The position numbers and the translations under genes were made by a program. From NCBI GenBank assembly GCA_963718615.1, contig OY970368.1, positions 544,001 through 608,000 on the forward strand: a DNA stretch of 64,000 nucleotides. Direction: 5' to 3'. A model generated the notes under the pieces. That model made no database searches. It saw only the letters and a program-made list of their open reading frames with translations, and had not been told where the DNA came from. The stretch comes from an uncultured cyanobacterium (GTDB taxonomy: Bacteria > Cyanobacteriota > Cyanobacteriia > PCC-9006 > JAAUQQ01). Positions within the stretch are counted from its first letter, which is position 1, and each line of letters starts with the position of its first letter. Below are positions 1 through 10,304 of this stretch, in pieces.

Positions 1-1
1 C

Positions 2-217
2 TACATCCTCGGAGCCCAGGGAGGCCAAACCATGAACCTGGCGATCGCCTCCACCGAAGACAACGCTGTTTTTGACGTGGTTTCCCCCAATGGCACGATT
101 CTTCTCACCGAAGCAAGCAATCAGCAGGTGCCCCTACCCACCACAGGCGATTACCAAGTCATTGTGGGAGGAACCCGAGGCAATGCAACCTACAAGCTAA
201 CGGTGGAGATCCGCTAG
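2..217 (+). CDS. C-terminal part of a protein with a PPC-like (pre-peptidase C-terminal) beta-sandwich domain; starts upstream of the window
   Basis: Frame is open from base 2 (YILGAQGGQTMNLAI...LPTTGDYQVIVGGTRGNATYKLTVEIR); the LPxxGDYxIxV...YxLxV pattern is typical of PPC-like domains. Confidence 0.6.
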   Translation, partial: YILGAQGGQTMNLAIASTEDNAVFDVVSPNGTILLTEASNQQVPLPTTGDYQVIVGGTRGNATYKLTVEIR

Positions 218-870
218 TCCTCCATCTGAGACGCATGGGGAATCGCCGGGACATCGACCGGGTCAAAGCAAACATTAGCCGCTTGCACTTGACGATACAA
301 CTTTATTCGACTGCGGTGGGGTTGCCAGCCCCAAAGCAACTTCGCAATGCCATCCCAAATCGTCACCCAGGCGAAAATAGTCCAAGCCTGTCCCCAAAGC
401 TGGATCGAAAATCCATTGGGTGGCGGAAAATCGTAAGCACCAGACTGAATCAGCACGGTCACTACCCCCGCGCCGAGACTCATTAACAACAGCCCATTGC
501 GCAGGACTTCCAGCAGCGTGCGCTGTTCTCGCGTTTCTAGGTTACTAAAAAAGTTTTTGAGATTACAGCGAGCCGTATCGCATTGCATCGCCTCAGTCTC
601 TTGGGCAATTTTGAGATGTATATCAAACCGATCGCTACTGACTTGGCCAATGCGATACAACAGCGAGTCCACAAACTCAGGATTGAGCCGTCGATAGGGC
701 TGCTCCACCGCACCGTCAAAGCGATCAAACAGCGCCTCTAATTCGGGCAGGACAAATGTCAAAACGGTTTGTCCGTCTTGGCTCTCCGTAAGACCCGCCT
801 CGCTCAGACTCAAGGGCGATCGCGGACGGGTCTCTCGTCTCCACGGAAATAGGGCGCGGGTTCGCTGCAT
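214..870 (-). CDS. Hypothetical membrane protein (two predicted TM helices)
   Basis: 218-aa ORF starting 2 nt after the panC-cmk stop; hydrophobic segments GLLLMSLGAGVVTVLI and WTIFAWVTIWDGIAKLLW. Confidence 0.7.
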   Translation of the reverse strand: MQRTRALFPWRRETRPRSPLSLSEAGLTESQDGQTVLTFVLPELEALFDRFDGAVEQPYRRLNPEFVDSLLYRIGQVSSDRFDIHLKIAQETEAMQCDTARCNLKNFFSNLETREQRTLLEVLRNGLLLMSLGAGVVTVLIQSGAYDFPPPNGFSIQLWGQAWTIFAWVTIWDGIAKLLWGWQPHRSRIKLYRQVQAANVCFDPVDVPAIPHASQMED

Positions 871-872
871 TG

Positions 873-2513
873 CTAGGCGTCGATCCGAGTGCGATCGCCC
901 AAACCGTGATACAGCCTAACAATCTTATCGGTCACTTCTTCAATCGTCAGACCATCCGTGAGCAGCTCAATGGCATCCCCCGCTTTTTTCAACGGCGACA
1001 CCGCGCGAGTGCTGTCTTTGCGATCCCGCTCAAAGATCTGCTGTTCCAAGACCTCCAAGGCCGGGGGCTCTTGGCCTTGTTCTAGCAGATCCGCCTGCCG
1101 CCGCCGCGCTCGCTCTTGAATTGTGGCCGTTAGGAAGATTTTGAGCTCTGCTTCGGGAAATACGGTGGTCCCGATGTCTCGACCTTCAGCCACAATGCCC
1201 CCCTGACGACCATATTCCTGCTGTTGGCGCACAAGCTGCTGCCGCACGAGGGGCTGAGCTGCGATCGTCGAAACCTTTTGGCTAATTCGGGTGGTGCGAA
1301 TCTCCTGGGTCACTTCCCGATCATCGACCCAAACGCGCGTGAGCTGCTGGGTGGGATCCTCTGTCGCCGTGAGCTGCGGAAACTCGAAGCGGATCTGGCT
1401 AGTGGCCATCCGTTCTGCCACTGCGGCCTCATCCTCCAGGGAAAGACCGGCATCCAGCACAAGCCAAGTCACGGCCCGATACATCGCCCCTGTATCCAGA
1501 TAGCGCAGCCCGAGAGCCTGGGCCACCCGTCGCGTCACGGTAGACTTGCCTGCTCCCGCTGGGCCATCGATGGCCACGGTAGCTTGGCGCTGCACGAGCA
1601 GCAGATTGTCAATTAAGCGGGCGGGTCCCACTTGAGCTGCGATCGCCAACAGTCCGACCTCCTGAATCTTGTCTAAAGGCTGTAAGGTTTCAGGATGCAC
1701 CAGTTCGATGTACTCGACCGCTAGAGCGGATCCAGGGGGTTGCCCCGATGGGGATGGCCCAACCTGAGTCTGCCGGAAAAATTCGCAGCGAGCCGCTTCA
1801 ATCAACGCTGAGGCATGCCGCTCTCCATTGTGAAACAATTTCTGCGCCTTTTGTAATCCTCGCGACAATGCTAAAGCTTGCTTTTTTTCCTCTTCGGATA
1901 AATAAGTATTCCGGGAACTCAAGGCCAATCCTGTGACTTCTCGCACAATCGGACAGCCAATAATTTCTCCAGGCAAATTTAAATCTTGACTCAGCCGCCG
2001 CAAAATCGCCAACTGCTGGGCATCCTTTTGGCCAAAATAGGCGCGGGTCGGTCGAACAATATTTAAGAGTTTCGTGACAACGGTGGCGACCCCCTGGAAA
2101 TGACCTGGACGCGATCGCCCACACAGTCCCGAGGTCATCGACACCGGCGGCACCACCTGGGTCAAAGAGGTCTGGGGGCCAGGACCGGCTTCACTGCCAT
2201 AGATCGCCGCCACCGTTGGCATAAAAAGAATATTTACCCCTGCCGCTTCGCAGAGAGTCTGATCCGCCGCGAGGCTGCGGGGATATTTGGCCAGATCTTC
2301 CTGGGGGCCAAACTGCAGCGGATTGACAAAAATCGAGACCACCACCAGGGCATTTTCCTGGCGAGCGCGATCGATCAAACTCCGATGTCCTGCATGGAGC
2401 GCCCCCATGGTGGGCACAAACCCGATGGAATCCCGATCCGGGTTTAGCTCAAGATAGCGCTGCAAAGCCGCGACAGTGGTGAAACAGCGCACAGGCCTTC
2501 TCCGTTTTGACAA
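873..2513 (-). CDS. panC: Bifunctional pantoate--beta-alanine ligase / cytidylate kinase
   Basis: PanC motifs GFVPTMGALHAGH, SIFVNPLQF, GLALSSRN, RLIDN; Cmk motifs IDGPAGAGKST, LDTGAMYR, EGRDIGT; the fusion is typical of cyanobacteria. Confidence 0.97.
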   Translation of the reverse strand: MSKRRRPVRCFTTVAALQRYLELNPDRDSIGFVPTMGALHAGHRSLIDRARQENALVVVSIFVNPLQFGPQEDLAKYPRSLAADQTLCEAAGVNILFMPTVAAIYGSEAGPGPQTSLTQVVPPVSMTSGLCGRSRPGHFQGVATVVTKLLNIVRPTRAYFGQKDAQQLAILRRLSQDLNLPGEIIGCPIVREVTGLALSSRNTYLSEEEKKQALALSRGLQKAQKLFHNGERHASALIEAARCEFFRQTQVGPSPSGQPPGSALAVEYIELVHPETLQPLDKIQEVGLLAIAAQVGPARLIDNLLLVQRQATVAIDGPAGAGKSTVTRRVAQALGLRYLDTGAMYRAVTWLVLDAGLSLEDEAAVAERMATSQIRFEFPQLTATEDPTQQLTRVWVDDREVTQEIRTTRISQKVSTIAAQPLVRQQLVRQQQEYGRQGGIVAEGRDIGTTVFPEAELKIFLTATIQERARRRQADLLEQGQEPPALEVLEQQIFERDRKDSTRAVSPLKKAGDAIELLTDGLTIEEVTDKIVRLYHGLGDRTRIDA

Positions 2514-2640
2514 TCCAAAAACAATAAATTCCCAAAATGATCAATTGCAACTGCTCCCAACGCCGCCATGGCCTCAGGAGCAGTTACGTCTCATCTATAT
2601 TAGGGCGTCATTGGGGGGTCAATGGAAAAGCCCTAGGGCG

Positions 2641-2692
2641 CTAGTTCAAGGTTCTAGTTCAAGGTGCTAGTTCAAGGCGCTAGTTCAAGGTG
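2641..2692. repeat. 13-bp tandem repeat CTAGTTCAAGGnn x4 directly after the rlpA stop
   Basis: ctagttcaaggtt / ctagttcaaggtg / ctagttcaaggcg / ctagttcaaggtg. Confidence 0.9.
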
Positions 2693-3760
2693 TTAATTCA
2701 AAACGTCGAGACGAACCGGAGCGACTCCTGCATTGGTGAGGCCAATGTAGTCAGCAGCGCCTGCGGAGAGGTCGATGACGCGATCGCCCGCATAAGGACC
2801 CCGGTCATTGATCCGCACCGTCACCGCAGAGCCGTTGTTGAGGTTGGTGACCCGCACCAAGGTCCCAAAGGGCAAATAGCGGTGAGCCGCTGTCATGGCG
2901 TATTGGTTAAAGACCTCGCCACTAGCGCTCTGGTTGCCGTGGAAGCCTGGACCATACCAAGAGGCCCAGCCCTTCTGATAGAACGAGCCTGCCGCTGCGA
3001 CCATCGCGGGTTTGGACACCGCTTTCGGCAAATTGGCCACCACCTTCAAGGGCTCTGCCGCGCTTTGCCCCAACAATCGCCGGAAGCGATTGGTCGCCTG
3101 TAACGCATCCTCGGTGCGGGTGCCGGTGCTGTCCGGCAAAATCACCTGTTCGTCTAGGGTGACCAGAGTATCATCCCCCATCTGAACCAGATACTTTTCG
3201 TCGTCCCACTTCACGGAAATCTTGCGGGCGTCCACCTCACCGGAGCGTCCCAGTTGGTTCAGTCTCGCCGCAATTTGGCTCGCTTTCCAGAGCGGATCAT
3301 GGGAATTTTCGGCAGAATTTTCGGCCTTGCCTGCCGCTAATTTGCGGGTTTCGGTGGCATCCTTGGTATCCTGGGTCGCTGGGGTCACAGCCTCAGCAGC
3401 GGTGGTGGATGGGGAGGATTCTTGACCCAGGAAGGTTAGAACTGGAATATCCCGAACGTAGAGTGTAGCGGCAGGCCGGGAATCGAGGGTGTGGGAAAAA
3501 ACTTTAGCGATCGCAGTAGAAGTTGCAGTTTTGGAGACTTTAGATTGATCCGAAGCGGGTTCTCCAACTTTGACTGCGATGGAGGAGGAATCGTCCGTTG
3601 AGGAATTGGAAACTTTCTCTTGAAGCTGTACGTCTGCGGGCTTATCCGCTCGTACTTCTTCGGCTTCGACTTCGACGGGACTGATCCCGTTAACCGTTAC
3701 CCAGCTGACCGCAGATGCGAAAAGTGCGATAACGACATTGCCCAAACGTTTATATTTCAT
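2693..3760 (-). CDS. rlpA: Septal ring lytic transglycosylase RlpA family protein
   Basis: N-terminal signal-like segment; C-terminal DPBB domain GWASWYGPGFHG...TAAHRYLPFGT...VRINDRGP...IDLS. Confidence 0.92.
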   Translation of the reverse strand: MKYKRLGNVVIALFASAVSWVTVNGISPVEVEAEEVRADKPADVQLQEKVSNSSTDDSSSIAVKVGEPASDQSKVSKTATSTAIAKVFSHTLDSRPAATLYVRDIPVLTFLGQESSPSTTAAEAVTPATQDTKDATETRKLAAGKAENSAENSHDPLWKASQIAARLNQLGRSGEVDARKISVKWDDEKYLVQMGDDTLVTLDEQVILPDSTGTRTEDALQATNRFRRLLGQSAAEPLKVVANLPKAVSKPAMVAAAGSFYQKGWASWYGPGFHGNQSASGEVFNQYAMTAAHRYLPFGTLVRVTNLNNGSAVTVRINDRGPYAGDRVIDLSAGAADYIGLTNAGVAPVRLDVLN

Positions 3761-4479
3761 AGTCTCTGCTTGAGTTCACCAGGGGGGTCACGGTCTTTGC
3801 CAAGCCCAGAAGCGGATTGACTCAAGTCACTGAACAATGCGGAGCAAAGTGCAAAGATGCTTGAGCAGCGATCGCTAAGGGCACAGGGAATTGAGCAAAG
3901 CCCCTGAAATCAAGTTCTCGGTGGCGTCGAGAGGAGAATCCTCCCGAATCAATTCGAAAGCGTGATCTCAGAACGGACCCTTCTTGTTGCGGACCTTTGT
4001 TACAGAACTTCACGACCTTACCACGAAGTTTTTGCCCTGAACATCGGGGGATTTGCGTGGGCATTCTCTGCAAAAAGTCAATTAAATAGGGTTAGTAAAA
4101 TCGCCAAAGCTTAAGCAAGCCTTAATTTCAGCGATTTTTTGAGGATCATCCGTGAAACGGGATAAATCCTTGGTTTTGTCAGTGAAAAAACGGAAATTCA
4201 AATTTCTGTGACGTTTCAAATTCCTGATTTCATCGTGGTTTGCAGCCTCTTTCCGTGAAAAGTGTTCGATTCCATACCAGGAATTATCTTTTCGGTTTAG
4301 TAAAGATTTGATCGAGAAGATTTAGGTTGATTAAGTCGGTCAATCAAGGGGGTGTGAAAACCTGCTGACCTAGAAGGCTTGCTCTCGGTCAATCTCCCTA
4401 GGCACAATAGAACGTTGCCATCGGCTTGGAGAGGCCGACGGAGAATGCCGATTCAGGAGATCAAGGGAGATTAAGGAAG

Positions 4480-5508
4480 ATGGACTATCGGGCTGCGGGG
4501 GTAGATGTGGAGGCAGGACGTCAGTTTGTCTCTCGCATCAAGGAGATGGTGGCCCAAACCTATCGACCGGGGGTGCTCGGCGGATTAGGGGGATTCGGTG
4601 GGCTATTCGAGCTTCCTGGGGGGTATCGGCAACCGGTGTTGGTCTCGGGGACGGATGGGGTTGGAACGAAACTGAAGTTGGCCCATCAGCTCGATCGCCA
4701 TGAAACCGTCGGGATTGATCTCGTCGCAATGTGCGTCAATGATGTCTTAACCTGTGGTGCAGAGCCGCTGTTTTTTCTGGACTACATCGCCACGGGGAAG
4801 CTCAACGAAGAGCAGTTAGCAGCGGTGGTGAGTGGCATTGCCCAGGGGTGTAAGGCATCGGGTTGTGCGCTATCCGGGGGCGAAACGGCGGAGATGCCGG
4901 GATTTTATGGTCCGGGAGAATATGATCTGGCGGGGTTTTGCGTGGCGATCGTTGAGAAATCCGAGATTCTAGATGGATCCCAGGTTCAGGTGGGGGATGT
5001 GGCGATCGCCCTCCCCAGCAGCGGTGTCCATAGCAATGGCTACAGTCTGGTCCGCAAAATTGTGGAGACTCAAGGACTAGCCTGGACCGATAGAGTGGAA
5101 GCCTTCGGCCCGCAAACCCTCGGGGAGGTTTTTCTGACGCCAACCCAGCTTTACGTCCAGCCCGTTCTCCAGGCCCTGAAGGAAAAACTACCCATTCACG
5201 CCATGGCCCACATTACCGGCGGTGGTTTACCGGAGAATTTGCCCCGCTGTTTGGGGGAAGGCAAGAGCGTTCAGGTGAATGGGGATTCCTGGGAAATTCC
5301 CCGTGTCTTTCAGTGGCTGCAATCTGCCGGTCAGGTTCCAGCGGCAGCGATGTTTGAGACCTTTAATATGGGCGTGGGGTATGTGGTGATCGTGCCGCCG
5401 GAGGCTTTGGAGAGGGCGATCGCTTTCTTCCAAGCCCAAGGTCTCGCCGCCTGGCACCTTGGCGAAGTTATCCCTGGCAATGGCGAAATTCGGGGGCTTC
5501 CCAGTTAG
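4480..5508 (+). CDS. purM: Phosphoribosylformylglycinamidine cyclo-ligase (AIR synthase)
   Basis: MDYRAAGVD start, [39 protein letters not shown]; ATG 4480 preferred over TTG 4426. Confidence 0.97.
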   Translation: MDYRAAGVDVEAGRQFVSRIKEMVAQTYRPGVLGGLGGFGGLFELPGGYRQPVLVSGTDGVGTKLKLAHQLDRHETVGIDLVAMCVNDVLTCGAEPLFFLDYIATGKLNEEQLAAVVSGIAQGCKASGCALSGGETAEMPGFYGPGEYDLAGFCVAIVEKSEILDGSQVQVGDVAIALPSSGVHSNGYSLVRKIVETQGLAWTDRVEAFGPQTLGEVFLTPTQLYVQPVLQALKEKLPIHAMAHITGGGLPENLPRCLGEGKSVQVNGDSWEIPRVFQWLQSAGQVPAAAMFETFNMGVGYVVIVPPEALERAIAFFQAQGLAAWHLGEVIPGNGEIRGLPS

Positions 5509-5539
5509 AAATCACCCATGCAAAAACGCTAATTCAAAA

Positions 5540-5611
5540 AGGCGGCACCCAGATTCGAACTGGGGGATGAGGGTTTTGCAGACCCTTGCCTTACCACTTG
5601 GCTATGCCGCC
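5540..5611 (-). tRNA. tRNA-Cys (GCA), CCA not encoded
   Basis: Reverse complement GGCGGCATAGCCAAGTGGTAAGGCAAGGGTCTGCAAAACCCTCATCCCCCAGTTCGAATCTGGGTGCCGCCT: acceptor stem, GCA anticodon, TTCGAA T-loop, U discriminator. Confidence 0.97.
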
Positions 5612-5663
5612 ATGCCTCTTCGGCTCCTAATATAACAGATGCTGCACAACAGATCATCTTCCT

Positions 5664-7019
5664 ATGTCATCGGCGTCTCTCTCTTCTCCTTCGCGGTTGC
5701 TGTGTTTGAGCAATGGCCATGGGGAGGACCAAATTGCGGTTCGCATTCTTCAAGCCCTTCAAACTCAGCCACAAGCACCAGAGATGGTCGCGATGCCGAT
5801 GGTGGGGAATGGCCATGCCTATCAAAACGCGGGGATACCTCTAATTGGCCCGAGCAAAACGCTGCCCTCGGGGGGGTTTATCTACATGGATGGGCGACAG
5901 TTGGCGAAGGACGTCCAAGGGGGATTGTTAGGACTCTTGGGAGAGCAATGGCGGGCGGTGCGGCAGTGGCGGGATGGCGGGCAGGGTAGCTCTAACAACA
6001 GGGGGAGACCGGGGGGCGCTTTAATCCTGGCGGTGGGGGATATTGTGCCGCTCCTGTTGGGCTGGTTCAGCGGGGTGCCCTATGCCTTTGTGGGAACGGC
6101 GAAGTCGGATTATTACCTACGGGATGAAATTGGACCGCTAAAGCGTCAGGGCGTGATGGCAAAACTGGAGTCGCGATCGCCCTCGGTCTATTTGCCTTGG
6201 GAGCGTTGGCTCATGTCTCGCTCTCGCTGTCGGGCCGTGTTTCCGCGCGATCGCCTCACCGCCCAAACCCTCAAACGCTGGAAAATTCCGGTGTTTGATT
6301 TGGGAAATCCGATGATGGACGGTTTGGAACCGGAGCATCCAGAGGTGTTGCAGTATCCGTTTGAACGGGACAGTCTGAAGTTGCTGCTACTACCGGGCTC
6401 TCGTCCTCCGGAGGTCTATCGCAATTGGGAGTTGGTTTTGGAGGCGGTTAAGGCGTTGGTGCATCAACAGCGATCGCCCTGGGATTTAGGCGGTGCCGAT
6501 CGTCCGCTAGTTTTTCTGGGAGCAATGACGCCGGGATTAGATTTGGAGGCCTTGACCCAAACGGTACAGATACAGGGATGGTTGCCCCTGTCGGATGAGG
6601 GCGATCGCTTTGGGCCGCTGTTACCGGAAGGAGCGAGGGTCTTTGGGCGACGGCAGCATCGGCTGTTGTTGAGTCAACAGAGTTATGGGGATTATTTGCA
6701 ACTGGCGGATGGGGCGATCGCCATGGCGGGTACCGCAACGGAGCAGTTTGTCGGGTTAGGAAAACCGGCAATTATTATTCCGGGTCAGGGGCCTCAGTTT
6801 ACAGCGGCATTTGCGGAGGCGCAGACGCGGCTGTTGGGATCTTCGGTGCTGTTGGTGGAACAACCTTCGCGGGTGCCGGAGAGATTGGACGCATTGATGC
6901 AGAATCCAGATTGGTTGCGGGCGATCGCAGAGAATGGCAAGCGACGCATGGGGGAACCGGGTGCGGCAAGGCGGATTGCGAAAGAGTTGTTAACGCCTAG
7001 GGTTCAAACCCTAGGCTAA
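5664..7019 (+). CDS. Lipid-A-disaccharide synthase-related protein (cyanobacterial TIGR03492-like, GT-B fold)
   Basis: LSNGHGED, LPSGGF, GTAKSDYY, GNPMMD, LLPGSR, MAGTATEQFVGLGKP. Confidence 0.85.
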   Translation: MSSASLSSPSRLLCLSNGHGEDQIAVRILQALQTQPQAPEMVAMPMVGNGHAYQNAGIPLIGPSKTLPSGGFIYMDGRQLAKDVQGGLLGLLGEQWRAVRQWRDGGQGSSNNRGRPGGALILAVGDIVPLLLGWFSGVPYAFVGTAKSDYYLRDEIGPLKRQGVMAKLESRSPSVYLPWERWLMSRSRCRAVFPRDRLTAQTLKRWKIPVFDLGNPMMDGLEPEHPEVLQYPFERDSLKLLLLPGSRPPEVYRNWELVLEAVKALVHQQRSPWDLGGADRPLVFLGAMTPGLDLEALTQTVQIQGWLPLSDEGDRFGPLLPEGARVFGRRQHRLLLSQQSYGDYLQLADGAIAMAGTATEQFVGLGKPAIIIPGQGPQFTAAFAEAQTRLLGSSVLLVEQPSRVPERLDALMQNPDWLRAIAENGKRRMGEPGAARRIAKELLTPRVQTLG

Positions 7020-7025
7020 ATGCTT

Positions 7026-7146
7026 AAACCGGTTGAAACCGATTCCCAAGGCTGCTGATCAGCTCTGGAGTCCATTTTAACGGACTTTCGCGGTTAGCCT
7101 TGGAATTTATTCCTTGGCGGTTTAGGGCTGGCTGCAAGATCTGAGT
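7026..7146. repeat. Degenerate REP-like / MITE-like cluster of imperfect palindromes
   Basis: AAACCGGTTGAAACCGATT (7026-7044), AGTCCATTTTAACGGACT (7069-7086), GCCTTGGAATTTATTCCTTGGC (7097-7118), then GCAAGATCTGAG; resembles cyanobacterial small dispersed palindromic repeats. Confidence 0.55.
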
Positions 7147-7228
7147 TGCCCTAGCCCACTCCAGCCGATTTCGGGGAATTCTAAAGCAATGAAGGTGCGC
7201 TACCCCTGTCCTGATTTTTCACCTTCTG

Positions 7229-8722
7229 ATGCTGTCCCGAATCCCTACCCCTTCAGCAGAGCCACTCCTGCGCCGGACTTTACAAGAGATCTGGGGCTAT
7301 TCAGACTTTCGCTCCCCCCAGCGCGAAATTATGCAGGCCATCCTCGAACAGCGAGATGTACTAGCAATTCTACCGACCGGCGCAGGCAAGTCTTTGTGCT
7401 TTCAGCTGCCTGCCATCGTGCGTCCGGGGCTGACGCTGGTGCTTTCGCCCCTGGTGGCACTGATGGAAAATCAGGTCCAAGAGCTGCGGGACAAAGGGGT
7501 TGCAGCGGGACTACTCCATAGTCAGATTTCCTCAACCCAGCGCCGCCAAGTGCTCAAAGCCTTGGACGATCAGCGCCTTAAACTGCTCTACGTCTCGCCA
7601 GAAACCCTGCTGAGTCGGAACCTTTGGCTACGGCTGTGCAATGCCGATCTGAAGCTTAACGGCATCGTCCTCGATGAAGCCCATTGCCTGGTGCAGTGGG
7701 GCAGCAGCTTTCGGCCCGCCTACGAGCGCTTGGGTGCCGTGCGGCGATCGCTCATGGCCCAGCGTCGGAATGGTGAATTTTTGCCCATTGCTGCGTTTAC
7801 CGCCACGGCGGATTTGCCAACCCAGCGATTGCTGATCAAAACTCTCCAGCTCCAGCGACCCGAAATTTTCCAGCAAAATATTTATCGTTCCAATCTCAAT
7901 CTCACCATCCAAACCGTTTGGACCCCTCGCCAACGCCGTCAGCAGACGCTGCGCTTTATCCGCAGTCGCGGCAAACAATCGGGTTTGATCTATGTCCGCA
8001 CCCGACGCGAGAGCGAATCTCTGGCTGAGGAACTGCGCGGCCAAGGCCTCAATACCGTGGCTTACCATGGGGGGTTGGGCGATCGCCGTCGTCGCCAAAT
8101 TGAACAAGACTGGCTCTGTAACCGCCTTCCCTTTGTGATCTGCACCTCCGCCTTTGGCATGGGAATCAACAAAGCCAACGTTCGCTGGATTTTGCACTAT
8201 CAAATGCCCTTGCTGCTTTCGGAATATGTCCAAGAAGTCGGACGGGGCGGGCGGGATGGCTTTGCCGCAGAAGCCCTGGCCTTAGTGAGCGAGCCCAGCG
8301 GGATCCTGGAACCGAGCGATCGCCAACGGGATCAGTTTTTTACCCAGCAAATCACCCAGCAAACCCAAACGGCGCGATCGCTCCTCCAGCAGCTCCCGGC
8401 TCAAGGTTCGGTAGAGGAGATCGAGCGACGGTTTCCTGAGGGGGCGATCGCCCTGGCGCTGCTGCACCGACTCGGCAAGGTTCGCTGGATTGATCCCTTT
8501 CACTATCGCCTCGCGGTTGGGTCCAGAAAGCTTGCTTCCCAGACGGGAACGCTACACCATAGCGCTACCACCCGCAGCTATATCCAGCGCCGCCAGTGTC
8601 GTTGGCAAACGCTGCTCACTAGCTTTGGTTGCGATCCCATGCCCCAAGACTGTGGCCATTGCGATGTTTGTCGTCAGCGTCAGGGCCTTAAAGCTGAAAC
8701 CTTTCTTCAAGCTCCGGCCTAA
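7229..8722 (+). CDS. recQ: RecQ family ATP-dependent DNA helicase (short form, ends at the Zn-binding region)
   Basis: LPTGAGKSLCFQLP, DEAHC, FTATA, AFGMGINK, YVQEVGRGGRDG, CR...CGHCDVC. Confidence 0.9.
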   Translation: MLSRIPTPSAEPLLRRTLQEIWGYSDFRSPQREIMQAILEQRDVLAILPTGAGKSLCFQLPAIVRPGLTLVLSPLVALMENQVQELRDKGVAAGLLHSQISSTQRRQVLKALDDQRLKLLYVSPETLLSRNLWLRLCNADLKLNGIVLDEAHCLVQWGSSFRPAYERLGAVRRSLMAQRRNGEFLPIAAFTATADLPTQRLLIKTLQLQRPEIFQQNIYRSNLNLTIQTVWTPRQRRQQTLRFIRSRGKQSGLIYVRTRRESESLAEELRGQGLNTVAYHGGLGDRRRRQIEQDWLCNRLPFVICTSAFGMGINKANVRWILHYQMPLLLSEYVQEVGRGGRDGFAAEALALVSEPSGILEPSDRQRDQFFTQQITQQTQTARSLLQQLPAQGSVEEIERRFPEGAIALALLHRLGKVRWIDPFHYRLAVGSRKLASQTGTLHHSATTRSYIQRRQCRWQTLLTSFGCDPMPQDCGHCDVCRQRQGLKAETFLQAPA

Positions 8723-9201
8723 AACGCCTCCTGATACAGGCTTGACATCTAACTTCAACTCATTTTCCTCATTAGGAAATTAAAATTAGGAAATCGAAAA
8801 GTTTTAAGACAGTTTTTGTAGTTTTCTATACTTCCTTTTTGAGGCGATCGCGATATTGACGTTTTCAAATGAGGTAGTCCGATTGAATAACGGTGAATAA
8901 CGGACAGAAAACGATAGAGCACTATTGAGTGAGCTCAAACTCCCTATTTTGCTTGGGTTTACAGTCTGAGATTTTTCTCTACCCTACGATTTAAGAGCAC
9001 TACCGCCTCATTCAACCCTGATTAGAATTCTGTATCATTTGGATGCAATATTTTTTCTTTTTACGAATTTATTTTTCGCTTTATACCAAGAATTACCGAT
9101 ATAGTTTGATTAGGGCACTGGCTCTTCCCATGAGTCCGATTCATAACCTAGGAGTCCGAGGAGTCAGTCGTTTAGCCTCTTCTCTAACCGATATTATTGA
9201 T

Positions 9202-9666
9202 ATGACTCTCCTAAGCCTTGACCGAGCGGCTGCATTACTGAATCAAACCCTCGAAAATCGATTATTAGGTGTAGCCCGCTATACACACTATGCACTTATG
9301 GTCTCCGGCCAGGATCGTCTCAGACTGGCCAACTTTTTTACAGACTTAGCCAGTCAATCCTTGCAAGATGCCCAGGGCGTTAGTCGATGGCTCATGGCAT
9401 TGAATGAACGGCCTCGCCTGGACCTACCGGCGCTAACGGAGCCTAGTCGGCAATCCACCCAGGAAATGCTGCTGCGTGCTCTCCATCACGAGCGTAAACT
9501 TTTTAACTTGTACCAAGGCTTTCTCGCTGAATCGCGATTTCTCAACCCGTCTCTCACGCCCTTTGTCCAAAGCATGAGCGCCAGCACCGCCGCCAAAACC
9601 GATGAGCTCGGGCGAATGCTAGAGCAGTTCGAATCCTGTGTTTTGGCCTCGCCGCACGCCAGCTAA
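9202..9666 (+). CDS. Bacterioferritin/ferritin-like protein with degenerate di-iron ligands
   Basis: GVARYTHYALMVSG and HERK match cyanobacterial bacterioferritin-like proteins; start placed at ATG 9202 because the upstream extension reads like intergenic DNA. Confidence 0.7.
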   Translation: MTLLSLDRAAALLNQTLENRLLGVARYTHYALMVSGQDRLRLANFFTDLASQSLQDAQGVSRWLMALNERPRLDLPALTEPSRQSTQEMLLRALHHERKLFNLYQGFLAESRFLNPSLTPFVQSMSASTAAKTDELGRMLEQFESCVLASPHAS

Positions 9667-9733
9667 GCTAGAAAACAGCCCTTTTGAGCAAAAAAGCAAG
9701 TTCATGAATGAGCAAGATGAGCAGGCTGAATTT

Positions 9734-10291
9734 ATGGTGAGCCGTCGTACCGTACTGGGCTGGGGGGCTGGGTTAGGGATATCGATGGGGATGCTGGGTT
9801 GTGTGGGGCTGGGTTGGCCTGCTGGGGCGATCGCCCTAGGCGGCAAGCTCCCTCCCCTCGGAGAACCCGCCCCTGAGTTCACGCTCCCCACGAACACCGG
9901 AGATGGCGAAATTTCCCTCAGTGATTATCGGGGGCAGTGGGTGGTCCTGTATTTTTATCCCAAGGATTTCACCTCCGGCTGTACCCTCGAAGCCCAACGC
10001 TTTCAGCGGGACCTGTCTCAATATTTGGAGCGCAATGCCCAGATCATCGGGATTAGTGCCGATGATATTGATTCCCACGCCGAATTTTGTGAAGCCGAGG
10101 GACTCCGGTTTCCTCTGTTGGCCGATACGACCGGCACCGTCAGCAAAGCCTACGGCTCCTGGATCGCACCCTATTCCCGTCGGCATACATTCATCGTTGA
10201 CCCCGAGGGAATTCTGCGGAAGGTCTTCCTCGGGGTTTTGCCTGCAATTCACAGTCAAGAGGTCCTGGCCAAGCTTGATGAATTACGCTGA
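9734..10291 (+). CDS. Peroxiredoxin, BCP/PrxQ subfamily, with twin-arginine-like leader
   Basis: YFYPKDFTSGCTLEA peroxidatic motif; MVSRRTVLGW leader followed by a hydrophobic stretch; start uncertain (9703 or 9734). Confidence 0.9.
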   Translation: MVSRRTVLGWGAGLGISMGMLGCVGLGWPAGAIALGGKLPPLGEPAPEFTLPTNTGDGEISLSDYRGQWVVLYFYPKDFTSGCTLEAQRFQRDLSQYLERNAQIIGISADDIDSHAEFCEAEGLRFPLLADTTGTVSKAYGSWIAPYSRRHTFIVDPEGILRKVFLGVLPAIHSQEVLAKLDELR

Positions 10292-10304
10292 TTAGACTAG
10301 ACCT

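Noticed and set aside
3761-4479. Possible ncRNA or 83-aa ORF in the rlpA-purM intergenic region
   Set aside because: No RNA family or protein motif that I can recognise; most simply divergent promoters plus a long rlpA leader.
5540-5611. tRNA-Cys as integration site for the cluster
   Set aside because: It lies 11 kb from the cluster among core genes; I saw no integrase or duplicated tRNA 3' end.
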